From the NCBI GenBank assembly GCA_965220815.1, contig OZ244846.1, positions 2,588,104 to 2,652,103 of the forward strand: DNA of 64,000 nucleotides, read 5' to 3'. This DNA comes from Gammaproteobacteria bacterium (lineage in GTDB: Bacteria > Pseudomonadota > Gammaproteobacteria > Eutrophobiales > Eutrophobiaceae). A program made the position numbers and the translations under genes. This document shows positions 20,046-30,180 of the stretch, piece after piece; position 1 is the stretch's first letter; the number at the start of each line of letters is the position of its first letter. The notes under the pieces were generated by a model. It was not told the DNA's origin. It worked only from the letters and a program-made list of their open reading frames with translations, and did no database searches.

Positions 20046-20282
20046 CTAACCGCCGAGATAATCGATCAGCTTCTGTATGGTGTTGACAGTCTCACAATCC
20101 TCGATTGTGAATGAAATATTGAATTCCTTTGAAACCAGTTTCGCGAAAGCGACGATGTCCAGCGAGGAGACGCCCAGTTCGGTGAGTCCGATATTCAGGT
20201 CCTCCGACAGGTTCAGGGGTTGTCCATCCACTTCGAGGTTTTCGCTGACGAGTTGTCTGACGCGTTCTTCGGTTGTAGCCAT
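20046..20282 (-). CDS. Stand-alone acyl carrier protein, SupB-like
   Basis: 78 acidic aa, MATTEERVRQLVSENL...LTELGVSSLDIV (Ser attachment motif); GGAGG RBS before the ATG at 20282. Confidence 0.85.
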   Translation of the reverse strand: MATTEERVRQLVSENLEVDGQPLNLSEDLNIGLTELGVSSLDIVAFAKLVSKEFNISFTIEDCETVNTIQKLIDYLGG

Positions 20283-20431
20283 GACTATATTTCCTCCCAT
20301 AATTACAGTTATTATTGTAAAAGATTTAAAGCTATCCCACTTTTACACTCCCGTCAACAAAATCAGGCATGACGTTCATTCCCTGATATAATTTCTCCCG
20401 AGACTTCCAGCAACCTTCACAGGAGACTAAA

Positions 20432-20914
20432 GTGACAGTACAAGTCGGAGATAAAGCCCCCGCGGGGCGGTTTCACGTAATCAATGCAGACGGGCCGGGC
20501 TCGGTAAGCACCGATGAATTGTTCGGCGGCAAAAAAGTCGTGGTTTTTTCGGTGCCGGGCGCGTTCACCCCGACCTGTTCGAAAGAACACCTGCCGGGAT
20601 TCATCGAGAATGCAGACGCCATCAGGGCAAAGGGTGTGGACACCATCGCCTGCATGGCGGTCAACGACATGTTCGTCATGGACGCCTGGGGCGCGAGCGC
20701 CGGCGCCGGCGACAAGGTGTTGATGCTGGCCGACGGCAACGGCACCTACACCGCGGCGCTTGGGCTGGAGCTTGACGGTTCCGGTTTCGGCCTGGGCACC
20801 CGGGGCCAGCGCTTTGCCATGGTGGTGGACGACGGCACCATTACCCAGCTCCACGTCGAAGCGCCCATGGAGTTCAAGGTCAGTTCCGCAGAGAGCATAC
20901 TGGAAAAACTGTAA
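20432..20914 (+). CDS. Peroxiredoxin (Prx5/type II, redoxin family)
   Basis: VPGAFTPTCSKEHLPG, VNDMFVMDAW and LADGNG; GGAG RBS. Confidence 0.93.
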   Translation: MTVQVGDKAPAGRFHVINADGPGSVSTDELFGGKKVVVFSVPGAFTPTCSKEHLPGFIENADAIRAKGVDTIACMAVNDMFVMDAWGASAGAGDKVLMLADGNGTYTAALGLELDGSGFGLGTRGQRFAMVVDDGTITQLHVEAPMEFKVSSAESILEKL

Positions 20915-21004
20915 CTGGCTGGGGGCAGTTCTCCAGGCTACCGGCCAAGTGGGAATTGGACTTAGCCAGGCCAAGCCCTGTTTCATACACGAGAGCGACA
21001 GGGT

Positions 21005-21106
21005 CTAATCGGTGCGGTCGCGCCGGGCGAGGAACCGGGCCAACCAGAGCATGGCCAGGCCACCCAGTACCGCCGCGAGCGCGGCAACAGCAAGGGCTGT
21101 ATTCAT
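21005..21106 (-). CDS. Putative 33-aa single-TM peptide
   Basis: Read manually: MNTALAVAALAAVLGGLAMLWLARFLARRDRTD; GGAG 7 nt upstream of the ATG; starts 1 nt after the stop of the preceding ORF. Confidence 0.45.
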   Translation of the reverse strand: MNTALAVAALAAVLGGLAMLWLARFLARRDRTD

Positions 21107-21107
21107 G

Positions 21108-21275
21108 TCAATTCTCCAGGCTGGCGGCCCAGATCAAGGCCAAACCGCCCAACGTAATTCCCAGGCTGAGTGGGCCCTGATCGGCGTTAAATACGCCAGT
21201 GACAAGGCCCGTGGCCGTCACGACAACACCGACTTGTCGTAATGCCGCACTGAGGTGGTCAAAATTTGGTTTCAT
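21108..21275 (-). CDS. Putative 55-aa two-TM membrane protein
   Basis: MKPNFDHLSAALRQVGVVVTATGLVTGVF...LGITLGGLALIWAASLEN; two hydrophobic stretches. Confidence 0.5.
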   Translation of the reverse strand: MKPNFDHLSAALRQVGVVVTATGLVTGVFNADQGPLSLGITLGGLALIWAASLEN

Positions 21276-21542
21276 CTTTGCCGAAGTATAGCACAGGGCA
21301 TTCAACAGGTTATCATAAACAGGGCCGAATCCAGGATCTGGCCATGTCGCTACAGCGACCTGGCTAGCATGGAATTGAGATCGGCAGGGGTGAACCCGGT
21401 TTCGTGAAATTTGCGCCCCCCTTCAACAAGTACGTTAAGTGTCCGGGCAGCAAGGTCCTCACGGGGATAATGCTATGTATCTTCTTTCATATAGGCGTTC
21501 ATAGCACAAAATCCCTATATAGGAAAGTTCTGCTATAAATGC

Positions 21543-22829
21543 CTATAACGCGCCCAGGCCCAGTTTCCTGCATTGCCGTTCAACTACCTTTTGTACGCGC
21601 TGCAGCGCGGGATAGTCGCCGTGTTTTTGCTGGAATGTCTTGATCACCGGAACAACCTCCTGGTGGACCCTGTCCGCTAATTCCACAAGGAGTGTCTGCA
21701 GGTACCCGAATTTGATGTCCAGTGACGCCGCCAGTTTTTGCCAATGGACCGTTTGAATGTTCCCCGGTATGTGCTCCTCGCCGATGGCCAGTGCGAGTTT
21801 CGGGTCAATTCGCTCGATGGCCCGTGTACAGACCAGGTCGTAGAAAGGGGCCAGCCGGATAGCGCCGTCTTTATGGTAGAGCAGTGACAGGTTCTTGGCG
21901 TGGCCGTCCGAATTGCCGGCAAGGTAGTTGAAGATCTGCCAGCGTAGCAGTTGCTCGGCATCCAGCGCAGGCTCGGTTGAAGCATTTCTGAGCAACCGGA
22001 AACACTCGCTGAAACTGACACCGCCGCCCGTCTCGTACTTGCGCTCTCTGCCAACTCCCAGTGCCTGACAGAAGTCTTCCTGGTGCAACCGGCGCACCTC
22101 GCCGCCGGTTGTGCTCTCGCGATCGTAACGTTTAATGACCAGGTACTCGTGTGCATGCTCATTAACGTGCAGGTAATGAAACTCGACTGAAGCCGTATGT
22201 AAACCGACCCGCCGCGCCAGGTCCGTCAACACGGCCTCATACGCGGGCACATGCCGATAGTCGGTCATTGCAAATTTGAGGATGTGACTCGATGGGGCCT
22301 CCCCCAGCGGTAAATGGAATTGACTGCCGCGGAGCAGGACCGGACATTTTTCCTGGGCGCCGGCCAGGGAAAGCCGCGGGAATTGGGATGCGGTCATTCC
22401 GCTACGGGGAGCGGCATAGATTTGCCCTTTGCGGAGAACCAGGTCCTGGAACGACTCCACTGTCAAATCCTGATAAACCTCCCCGGCATCCGGCTCGCGA
22501 TCATCCGGCAGAATTGACAGCGCGCCGGCGCATTCTCCCCCGATCGCCCTTAGCAGGTCAAAATCCGAGTCCGGTATTTTCAGGTCACGCATAATACGTT
22601 CCCTTACCCGCCCTTCAGGCAGCAGGTTGGCAAAGAAACGGTGGGCAAGGGCGTCTTCGGGCTGATAAGGGTCGGCGTTCAGCGGCAATGATATGGAAAT
22701 AGCGAAACCATGACTGCCAGACAGCCAATCGTCACAATATTGAAAACCTATCTGGTTTGTTGCGTTGCGCCGGAGGAAACCGACCAGCTGATCTTCATGC
22801 CATAGGTGGAGAGTGTCAGGATCGGTCAT
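21543..22829 (-). CDS. hipA: HipA-family kinase toxin
   Basis: FFANLLPEG, RLSLAGAQEK, RLHQEDFCQALG, GNSDGHAKNLS and RLAPFYDL. Confidence 0.95.
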   Translation of the reverse strand: MTDPDTLHLWHEDQLVGFLRRNATNQIGFQYCDDWLSGSHGFAISISLPLNADPYQPEDALAHRFFANLLPEGRVRERIMRDLKIPDSDFDLLRAIGGECAGALSILPDDREPDAGEVYQDLTVESFQDLVLRKGQIYAAPRSGMTASQFPRLSLAGAQEKCPVLLRGSQFHLPLGEAPSSHILKFAMTDYRHVPAYEAVLTDLARRVGLHTASVEFHYLHVNEHAHEYLVIKRYDRESTTGGEVRRLHQEDFCQALGVGRERKYETGGGVSFSECFRLLRNASTEPALDAEQLLRWQIFNYLAGNSDGHAKNLSLLYHKDGAIRLAPFYDLVCTRAIERIDPKLALAIGEEHIPGNIQTVHWQKLAASLDIKFGYLQTLLVELADRVHQEVVPVIKTFQQKHGDYPALQRVQKVVERQCRKLGLGAL

Positions 22830-23091
22830 CTGGCGTCTTCGATGCCTGGCGCAGGACGCCTCGTGGCGCTATATACACGTCCAGACCCATTGTATTCAGG
22901 GTGCCTAAAACCTTGCCGATTTCTGCCGTGGGTTTGCCGTTTTCAAAGTCGGAAAGAAATCCTATGCTGATGTTGGTTAAACCAGCCACCCTGACCTGTG
23001 TCAAGTGGCGGGATTTTCTATGCCGGCGGGCCGCCTGCCCAAGTTCGGCAGGAGTTCGGACCTGCTGGAGTTCAGGAAATATTTCTGCCAT
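22816..23091 (-). CDS. hipB: HipB-like XRE HTH antitoxin
   Basis: LGQAARRHRK...LTQ...FLSDFENGKPTAEIGKVL; overlaps the hipA start. Confidence 0.88.
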   Translation of the reverse strand: MAEIFPELQQVRTPAELGQAARRHRKSRHLTQVRVAGLTNISIGFLSDFENGKPTAEIGKVLGTLNTMGLDVYIAPRGVLRQASKTPDDRS

Positions 23092-23409
23092 ATCAAACTC
23101 TGTAATTTATACGTACATGCAATTTTTTCACAGATTAATGGAATTTGCAATATATTTTGCACGTACATAATAATTATCGGATAGAGATGATTATCATGAG
23201 AGAATTTCTACGACCGTGCGTATTTTATACCATACAACGCAAGATACGGCCTGGCCCATCAACCACTGAACCAGGTACGCCGGCAAATCCGGGGCGGTTC
23301 AGAATTAAACAAGCAACGGTTTCTTGTTATAATTGTACCAACCGCAGCTTGTAGAAAATCCAGGACAACCCTCTCTCCATAATATATGCAACATTATGAA
23401 ACAATTTGG

Positions 23410-23455
23410 AATGGCTGGGGGCAGAGGATTCGAACCTCTACTGGCGGAGTCAGAG
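23410..23455 (-). repeat. att site: 46-bp direct repeat of the tRNA-Gln 3' part
   Basis: Identical to 31627..31672 (AATGGCTGGGGGCAGAGGATTCGAACCTCTACTGGCGGAGTCAGAG). Confidence 0.95.
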
Positions 23456-23589
23456 GAAACCTTTCTGCGTCGGTAAGTCACTGAAATAGTTAATTGATTA
23501 TAAGATTCGGCAAATTTGTTGTGACTTTAGTTGTGACTTTTTTGTTGTTTTGATACCCATCCCTGCTTCCAGCACATCTCTTCTCAGTA

Positions 23590-23976
23590 ATGAGCAATCC
23601 TGAAACAACAAAAGCTTACAAAGTTATTGAGGCAGGACAACTTGTACAGAAATTTACTGTGCTGATAAATGGAGGCGCTTCGGTTGCAATATTAGCTTTT
23701 ATTGGTAATGTTTGGTCTCCGGGTAATATTGCGCCACTTACAATAATCTTCTTATCTATTGGACTTGCTGCCTTTTCTCTGGGTGTATTATCTGGGGCAA
23801 AATCCGCGCTGGAGAATTACTTGGCAGGTACCTTCAGCCTTGCAGATGTTAAAGATCTTTCCCGCCTTCATGCTGACCGTTCTGTAAGAGCTAGTATTAT
23901 TTCTCTCGCACTATTCTTTTTAGGAATGTGTGCATCAATCATAGCAATCCTTGTTCACTTTTTATCTGGCCCCTAA
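23590..23976 (+). CDS. Hypothetical membrane protein (about 3 TM)
   Basis: 128 aa, LINGGASVAILAFIG followed by further hydrophobic helices; AT-rich. Confidence 0.65.
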   Translation: MSNPETTKAYKVIEAGQLVQKFTVLINGGASVAILAFIGNVWSPGNIAPLTIIFLSIGLAAFSLGVLSGAKSALENYLAGTFSLADVKDLSRLHADRSVRASIISLALFFLGMCASIIAILVHFLSGP

Positions 23977-25369
23977 AATTTGTCTGCCGGCAACGGGAAA
24001 CTAGGGCAGGCTGTTAACCCATCTTTAACATAGGTCTTTACGAACTTGTTGTATATCAGCCAGTTACGAAGATCTGGCCAGCCGAGTGGCACTACATGTG
24101 GACGCCGGGGTCCAGGTCGAAGGGTTCAGACGAGGTTTTTGCGGACACCTCCCGGTGATGAATCAATGCCCAGCGCATCGTAGATTGCCTGCTGCGGCGG
24201 CTCGGCCAGGGTGGCCTTGCGCACGTGCAGGGTGCGCCCGTCATCCCGGCGGAAGGTGGCGGTGATGCGTTGTTGTCCTGCCAGGATGCGGCGCAGGGTG
24301 GTCCAACTGGCGTGTTCGCCAGCCTTACGCAGGCGGGTCCGGATCACCTGCACCAACTGGTAGGCGATGACGGTGATGAACAGGTGCCCTTCGGCGCGTA
24401 GTGGTTTGTGGTGGTAGATGGGACGCAGGCCCAGCTCGGACTTTAACGAGCGGAACACGGCCTCGACGTCGGTGAGCATGAAGTAGGTGCGCCACAGGGT
24501 GTCCTCGTCCCAGTCGGTCCGGTTGCTGCGCAGGCAGTACACGCCCGGGTGGGTGAGCAGGGAGCCGGGCCGGGCGTTGCGGGTGAAGCGCACCGCCCTG
24601 GCGCGTTGGCCGGTCTGGTCGGTCTCGACGGTGATATCGTAGTGCTGGGCGATGCCGTGGCTGTTTTCCTTGATACGTCCGATGCGCTGGTGGACGTGGT
24701 CGATACGTTTGCGGGTGCGCGGTCTGGCCAGTCCCTCGTTAAGTTGCGTGAGGGCGGTCTCGAGGCGTTGGGCGAAGCGCTCGGCGATGCCTTGTTCCTT
24801 GGCGGCGCGGGCTTCGGAGTAGCAGTACAGGCGCACTTCGCCGGCGTCCTCATCGAGCACCCGCTGCAGTTGCACGCCCTGCTTTGAGGCGGTCTCGATG
24901 CGCACCGCGCCCTCGGGGTCGAACTGCCGGGTGCGTTCGCGGCTGACCACCAGGTAGCGGTAGCCCTGCTCGCGCAGCCAGGCCAGGCGGTCCTCGGTGG
25001 CGATGCCGCGGTCCATGACCACCAGGGCGCCGGGCGGCGTATCCAGTGCGGTAAGCATGTCGGCCAGGGTGTGGTGTTCGCGCACGTTGCCGGCGAACAC
25101 CTGCGAGCGGCGCACGAAGCCGTGCGTATTCCGGTTGAAAGTGAACGCGTATTCCGGTTCAAAGTGAACACCGATTCCGGTTGAAAATGAACGCGGATTC
25201 CGGTTCAAAGTGAACACCGATTCCGATTGAACGTGAACACTTTCCGGGCAGTACCGGAATCGGTGTTCACAACCCCGGAATCCGCGTTCACGTTGAACCG
25301 GAATCCCCCGCAACGCATGGGACTTGTAACCCGGTGGTACGTTGTTCCTTTTTTTGGGAGCAACCTGCC

Positions 25370-26923
25370 ATGTCCAACAAGAGAACGACCATGCGTAAAC
25401 TACGCGAGATACTACGGCTCCGGCTGCAAGCCGGCCTGTCCATCCGCGCCATCAGCCGCAGCACCAAGCTGAGTGTCGGCGGGGTACAGAAACTCCTCAG
25501 CCGGGCCGAGGCCCTGGGCCTGACCTGGCCCTTGCCGGTCGAGCTGGACGATGCCCGCCTGGCCGCGCTGTTCTACCCTGGCGCCGATACCGACGCCAGC
25601 CCGCGCCGCGAGGCGCCGGACTGGGCGGCGATCCACGAGGAGTTGAAGCGCCCCCACATGACGCGACAACTGGTCTGGGAGGAATACACCCAGCGCTACC
25701 CGAACCGGTGTTACGGCTACTCCCAGTTCTGCGACCGTTACCGCGACTGGCTGGCCCGGCAACAGCGCACCATGCGCCAGACACACAAGGCCGGCGAGAA
25801 GTGCTTTGTGGACTACGGCGGGGATACCGTGCCCGTCATCGATGCCGGCACCGGCGAGACACAACCGGCACAACTCTTTATCGCGGTGCTCGGCGCATCG
25901 GACTACACCTTCGCCGAAGCCACCTGGACCCAGACCCTCCCCGACTGGCTGGCCAGCCATACCCGGGGCATGACCTACTTCGGCGGCGTCCCCGCCGCCA
26001 TCGTCCCCGATAACCTGCGCAGCGGGGTGAGCCGTGCCTGCCGCTACGATCCCGACATCAACCCCAGCTACCAGCAATGGGCCGAGCACTACCAGACGGC
26101 TATCCTGCCGGCCCGCCCCCATAAACCCCGTGACAAGGCCAAGGCCGAGCAGGGCGTGCTGCTGGCGCAGCGCTGGATCCTGGCCCGCCTGCGGCATCAT
26201 CAGTTCTTCGCCCTCGATGAGTTGAACCGCCATATCGCCACCCTGCTTGACGAGCTTAACCACCGGCCCTTCAAGCGCCGGCCCGGCTCGCGCCACGCGG
26301 CCTTTGAGACCCTTGATAAACCGGCCTTGAAGCCGTTGCCCCCACAGCCTTACGAGTATGTCCACATCAAGCCGGTCACCGTGCACATCGACTACCACGT
26401 GCTCTACCAGCAACACTACTACTCCGTGCCGCACCAGTACGTCGGCGAGCGGGTCGAGTTACAGGCATCTGACAGCTTGATTGAACTCTACTTCCACCAG
26501 CGCCCCATCGCCACCCATGCACGCCGGGACGGGTACGGCTTCACCACCGACCCGGCCCACATGCCCGAACGCCACCGGGCACAGCAGCAATGGTCCCCCG
26601 AGCGCCTTAAGCGCTGGGCTGCCCAACTCGGCCCTGACGTGCACACCTGGGTCCGCCACCAACTCGAACGCCGGGCCCACCCCGAGCAGGCCTACCGCAC
26701 CTGCCTGGGATTGCTGCAACTCAGCAAACGCTATCCCGCCAGCCGCCTCAACGCCGCCTGCCAACGGGCCAACCAGGCCGGGCTCGTGCGCCTCAAACAG
26801 GTCACACACCTGCTGGAGTCAAACCAGGACCGGCTGCCTGATACCCCTGACGCAGACACCCTGACCACCCCCACGCTGCCCCAGGACCACGAGAATGTCC
26901 GCGGGCCGCACCACTTCAACTAA
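25370..26923 (+). CDS. istA: IS21 transposase IstA
   Basis: N-terminal HTH, FVDYGG, IVPDNLRSGV and KPRDKAKAEQGV (DDE). Confidence 0.95.
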   Translation: MSNKRTTMRKLREILRLRLQAGLSIRAISRSTKLSVGGVQKLLSRAEALGLTWPLPVELDDARLAALFYPGADTDASPRREAPDWAAIHEELKRPHMTRQLVWEEYTQRYPNRCYGYSQFCDRYRDWLARQQRTMRQTHKAGEKCFVDYGGDTVPVIDAGTGETQPAQLFIAVLGASDYTFAEATWTQTLPDWLASHTRGMTYFGGVPAAIVPDNLRSGVSRACRYDPDINPSYQQWAEHYQTAILPARPHKPRDKAKAEQGVLLAQRWILARLRHHQFFALDELNRHIATLLDELNHRPFKRRPGSRHAAFETLDKPALKPLPPQPYEYVHIKPVTVHIDYHVLYQQHYYSVPHQYVGERVELQASDSLIELYFHQRPIATHARRDGYGFTTDPAHMPERHRAQQQWSPERLKRWAAQLGPDVHTWVRHQLERRAHPEQAYRTCLGLLQLSKRYPASRLNAACQRANQAGLVRLKQVTHLLESNQDRLPDTPDADTLTTPTLPQDHENVRGPHHFN

Positions 26924-26936
26924 CCGGAGAGACACC

Positions 26937-27686
26937 ATGACATCAACCACACAAACCCTGACACGCCTGCGCGACCTGCGCCTGCCCGGCATGGCAACCG
27001 CCCTGACACAACAAACCGAACAGCCCGCCACCTATGACCCCCTGCCGTTCCTCGACCGCCTCGCCCTCTTAGTCGAGTCCGAGTGCCTGCAACGGGAACA
27101 ACGCAAACAGGACCGCCTCATCCGCCAGGCGCACTTCAAACTGCGCGCCCGCCTCCAGGATATCGATTACGAACACCCCCGCAACCTGCAGCGCACACAA
27201 CTTACCCAACTCGCACAGGGCGAGTGGCTGCAGCGGGCCCACAACCTGCTCATCACCGGCCCCTGCGGCTCAGGCAAAACCTTTATCGCCTGCGCCCTCG
27301 GCCACCAGGCCTGCCGGCTAGGTGTCTCCACCCGTTACTATCGCCTCGCCCGGCTGCTCCTTGCCCTCACCCAGGCCAAGGCCGACGGCAGCTACCACAA
27401 ACTCCTGCACCAACTCGCACGCACCGGACTGCTTATCATCGACGACTGGGGCATGGACACCCTCAATACCGCACAGCGCCATGACCTCATGCACATCATG
27501 GACGACCGCTATCACACCGGCTCCACGCTCATGGCCAGCCAGTTGCCCGTCGACCAGTGGTATGCCACCATCGGCGATAACACCCTTGCCGATGCCATCC
27601 TCGACCGGCTTATCCATAATGCGCACCGACTGACCTTGAAGGGGGAATCCATGCGAAAACAACAGGCGTCTATTGACTCAGCGTGA
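26937..27686 (+). CDS. istB: IS21 helper ATPase IstB
   Basis: GPCGSGKT, LLIIDDWG and ADAILDRLIHNA...GESMR. Confidence 0.95.
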   Translation: MTSTTQTLTRLRDLRLPGMATALTQQTEQPATYDPLPFLDRLALLVESECLQREQRKQDRLIRQAHFKLRARLQDIDYEHPRNLQRTQLTQLAQGEWLQRAHNLLITGPCGSGKTFIACALGHQACRLGVSTRYYRLARLLLALTQAKADGSYHKLLHQLARTGLLIIDDWGMDTLNTAQRHDLMHIMDDRYHTGSTLMASQLPVDQWYATIGDNTLADAILDRLIHNAHRLTLKGESMRKQQASIDSA

Positions 27687-28781
27687 ACACTTGAGGTAAA
27701 AAACACAAACACGCCATGCGTTGCGTTAACAGGTGTTCACAATGAACCGGAATCACTGTTCACGTTCGACCGGAATCGGTGTTCATATTCGCCGGAATAC
27801 GCAAGCCGCTGGCATCGAGCACCAGCCCCAGGGTGAGCAGCGGGCAATCGGTGCGCTTGTCCTTGGCGTGGCCGCGGCGCGCCTTGGGCTGTTGGGCCGC
27901 CTCGCCCTCGAAGTAGGTGTTGCTGAGGTCATAGAGGGTGACGGTGGGCGCCAGCGTGAACAGGTCCATGGCCTGGTCGAACAGGTGCTGCTCGATGGCG
28001 TCCCGGTGCGCCATGAGGGCATCGGAGGCGCGGTACAACTGTATGGGATGCTGAGTCTCAAAGTCCACCCCCAGCAGCTCGCCCAGGGCGCTGCGCTCAC
28101 GCAGCCAGCGCGCCGCGGCGGCCTCCGAGCCGGGTTGCGCCAGACGGGCGACAATCGAGCCGAGCGCCGCCGCGCGCAGGGACGGGCCGATGCCGAGTGC
28201 TTCCAGCCGTGCCCGCAGGCCGAGTTGCTCGATGGCCCACAACGCAACGTGCTCGACCCCCACCGAGCGCGGGCGCACCAGTGCCAGCGAGCCCACGTCT
28301 ACCGCCTGCAGGTCCCGGCCCGGCGGCGTCTCCCGGTGTGCGTCCCGGTCGCGGGCGAGCAACTGTTCGGCGATGTGCCGGGCATGGGTCTCCAGCGCCG
28401 GCGGACCATCGGCGTACAGGGCCATCTGACCGGCGCGCAGCGCGTCGATGCGCTGGCACAGTGCGGGCCAGTCCTGGCGGGCGACGTCGAAGTGGCGACC
28501 GAGATTGAGCAGCGTGCGCTGACGCACTTTCTCGCCGATGCGTTCGGAACGCACCAGGCGGTGGGTGTAGTAGGCCTCGCCGGTGGTGGTGGCGCGGGTT
28601 TTGGTGCGCCGGATGAACATAGGGGAGAGGATACCGGGGGTGGCGGAGCGAGTCAACAAGAAAATAAATATTATGGCACTACACTACTCCCCCCTTACCA
28701 TAAATCAATGGGTTACGACCGAAAACCCGCCAAAATCACCCTGATTCCCCGTCCCGACAGGCGGAAAATGTTAAACTTGGG

Positions 28782-29192
28782 TTAATAGAGTGGGTCAATT
28801 CTGATGGAAGAATTTTAGGCCAATACTGTTATTATGCTGATGGGTCGTGTGTTTATCTCGTCAGTCTAGGCATTTTATGTGAGTCTGGTGCTGAGTACCC
28901 ATCAATACTGAATTCCAACACTGGCGCCGTGGATGTAAGGTTGATTTGTGGCGATAAGTACCAAGGCGAGAATGTATTTTTTATTAAACCATTTGACGAT
29001 GTAGATAATATTGTATTGACGGCCAGTACTATTGGTTTTGCAGTCGCAATGGAGGAGGGTACATTCAAAGTTGTACGTTTTAGTTTATTGGGTTCTACGC
29101 ATGCAATAAAAATGATGCAGTTGGGGGCAGAAATCATAAGAAAGGAAAAATCAGAAAATCAGCAAGATGTTAAATCTGAAGAATATTTATAG
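28782..29192 (+). pseudogene. Probable 5'-truncated hypothetical gene
   Basis: Frame of ORF 28929..29192 stays open back to the IS1634 junction (LIEWVNSDGRILGQYCYYADGSC...) with no start codon there; the left IS flank has an in-frame TAG at 24002. Confidence 0.5.
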
Positions 29193-29361
29193 TTGCTACG
29201 AAATCAAATATTTCTCCTAAGACGAATTTTGATGACCTTCAGGATGTAGCGACTATTTCCTTGTCGTTATTAATCTTTAGCTAAATACCGACGTCCTCAT
29301 CCGAATTATATTTTTTATGCTATTATTGCCAATATCAGGCTATAGCGGAGAAATATATATC

Positions 29362-30180
29362 ATGGTGTCACTAGCAGGGATTGGAAAATCCTATCGAAAC
29401 AAACTCAGTATGGTTTTAGAGCATAATTTTGCCGTAATTACAGTGGTTCGGGTTGCAGAGACATTGAATGTGCACCATCAAGAAGCTGGCAGACTACTAT
29501 CTCGTTGGTGTAAAAATGGCTGGTTGAAAAGACTGACGCGTGGTGCCTACGTACCAGTGCCATTAGAGGCGACTAGCAGTGCTGTAGTTGCAGAGGAACC
29601 TTTACTGATCGCCAATGAGTTGTATGCGCCTGGTTACATCGCGGGTTTTAGCGCGGTCAAACATTGGGACTTCTCTGAACAAATTTTTGAAACAACGACC
29701 TACTTTACGACACGCAAAATTAAAAATAGATATCCTTTCCACGGTGGTGTGAAGTACCAACTAAAAACCATCAAAGCATATAAATTATTCGGATTAAAAC
29801 CACTTTGGTTTAGATCCAAAAAAGTCATGATAAGTGATCCAACAAAAACTCTGGTTGATATTCTGGATGATCCCAAGATCGTGGGTGGGATATCCATCGT
29901 TTGTGATGTACTCGCAGAATACATGGAATCAGCGCATTATGAACCAGATAAATTAATCACATATGCAAGGAAAATGAACAATAAAACTATTTTCAAACGC
30001 TTCGGCTTTTTACTTGAAACCAGATTTTCGCTTGACAAAAAATTATCAGAACAATTACTGACAAACGTCTCTGAAAGTTACTCCTATCTTGATCCCACAA
30101 TCCAGTCACATCATAGCATTGCAAAATGGCGGTTAAAAACATCAGCGTCTTGGAAAGACGAATATGATAGAAAAAAATGA
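29362..30180 (+). CDS. AbiEi-family antitoxin/transcriptional regulator (type IV TA)
   Basis: wHTH with GWLKRLTRGAY, YIAGFSAVKHWDFSEQI and ISDPTKTLVDILD; overlaps the downstream toxin gene; GGAG before the ATG at 29362. Confidence 0.85.
   Translation: MVSLAGIGKSYRNKLSMVLEHNFAVITVVRVAETLNVHHQEAGRLLSRWCKNGWLKRLTRGAYVPVPLEATSSAVVAEEPLLIANELYAPGYIAGFSAVKHWDFSEQIFETTTYFTTRKIKNRYPFHGGVKYQLKTIKAYKLFGLKPLWFRSKKVMISDPTKTLVDILDDPKIVGGISIVCDVLAEYMESAHYEPDKLITYARKMNNKTIFKRFGFLLETRFSLDKKLSEQLLTNVSESYSYLDPTIQSHHSIAKWRLKTSASWKDEYDRKK

Larger units (their letters stand above)
25123..27803 (+). mobile_element. IS21-family insertion sequence (2681 bp) with 5-bp target duplication AGCCG
   Basis: Ends TGCGTATTCCGG...CCGGAATACGCA; AGCCG at 25118-25122 and 27804-27808; multiple 23-bp subterminal repeats; istA and istB inside. 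Confidence 0.95.
24126..28620 (-). pseudogene. IS1634-family DDE transposase split into 28620..27804 and 25122..24126
   Basis: N-terminal part MFIRRTKTR...YDLSNTYFEG...GLVLDASG joins in frame to GFVRRSQVFAGN...VMDRGIA...VEAVFRSLKSELGLRPIYH once the IS21 and one AGCCG are removed. Confidence 0.9.
24018..28781 (-). mobile_element. IS1634-family element interrupted by an IS21
   Basis: Terminal IRs CCCATCTTTAACAT and ATGTTAAACTTGGG (12/14 match), flanked by TTAA on both sides (24014-24017, 28782-28785). Confidence 0.8.

Noticed and set aside
23410-23455. Second tRNA-Gln gene
   Set aside because: Only the 3' part is present, with no D arm or 5' acceptor strand; it is the att duplicate.
25123-25310. 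23-bp repeat array resembling a CRISPR
   Set aside because: Repeats are contiguous without unique spacers, recur inverted at the other IS end, and are the transposase-binding repeats of IS21; no cas genes.
25123-25313. Repetitive N-terminus (FTLNRN...) of ORF 24126..25313 and the matching tail of 27760..28659
   Set aside because: These are translations of the IS21 ends fused to the broken IS1634 frame.
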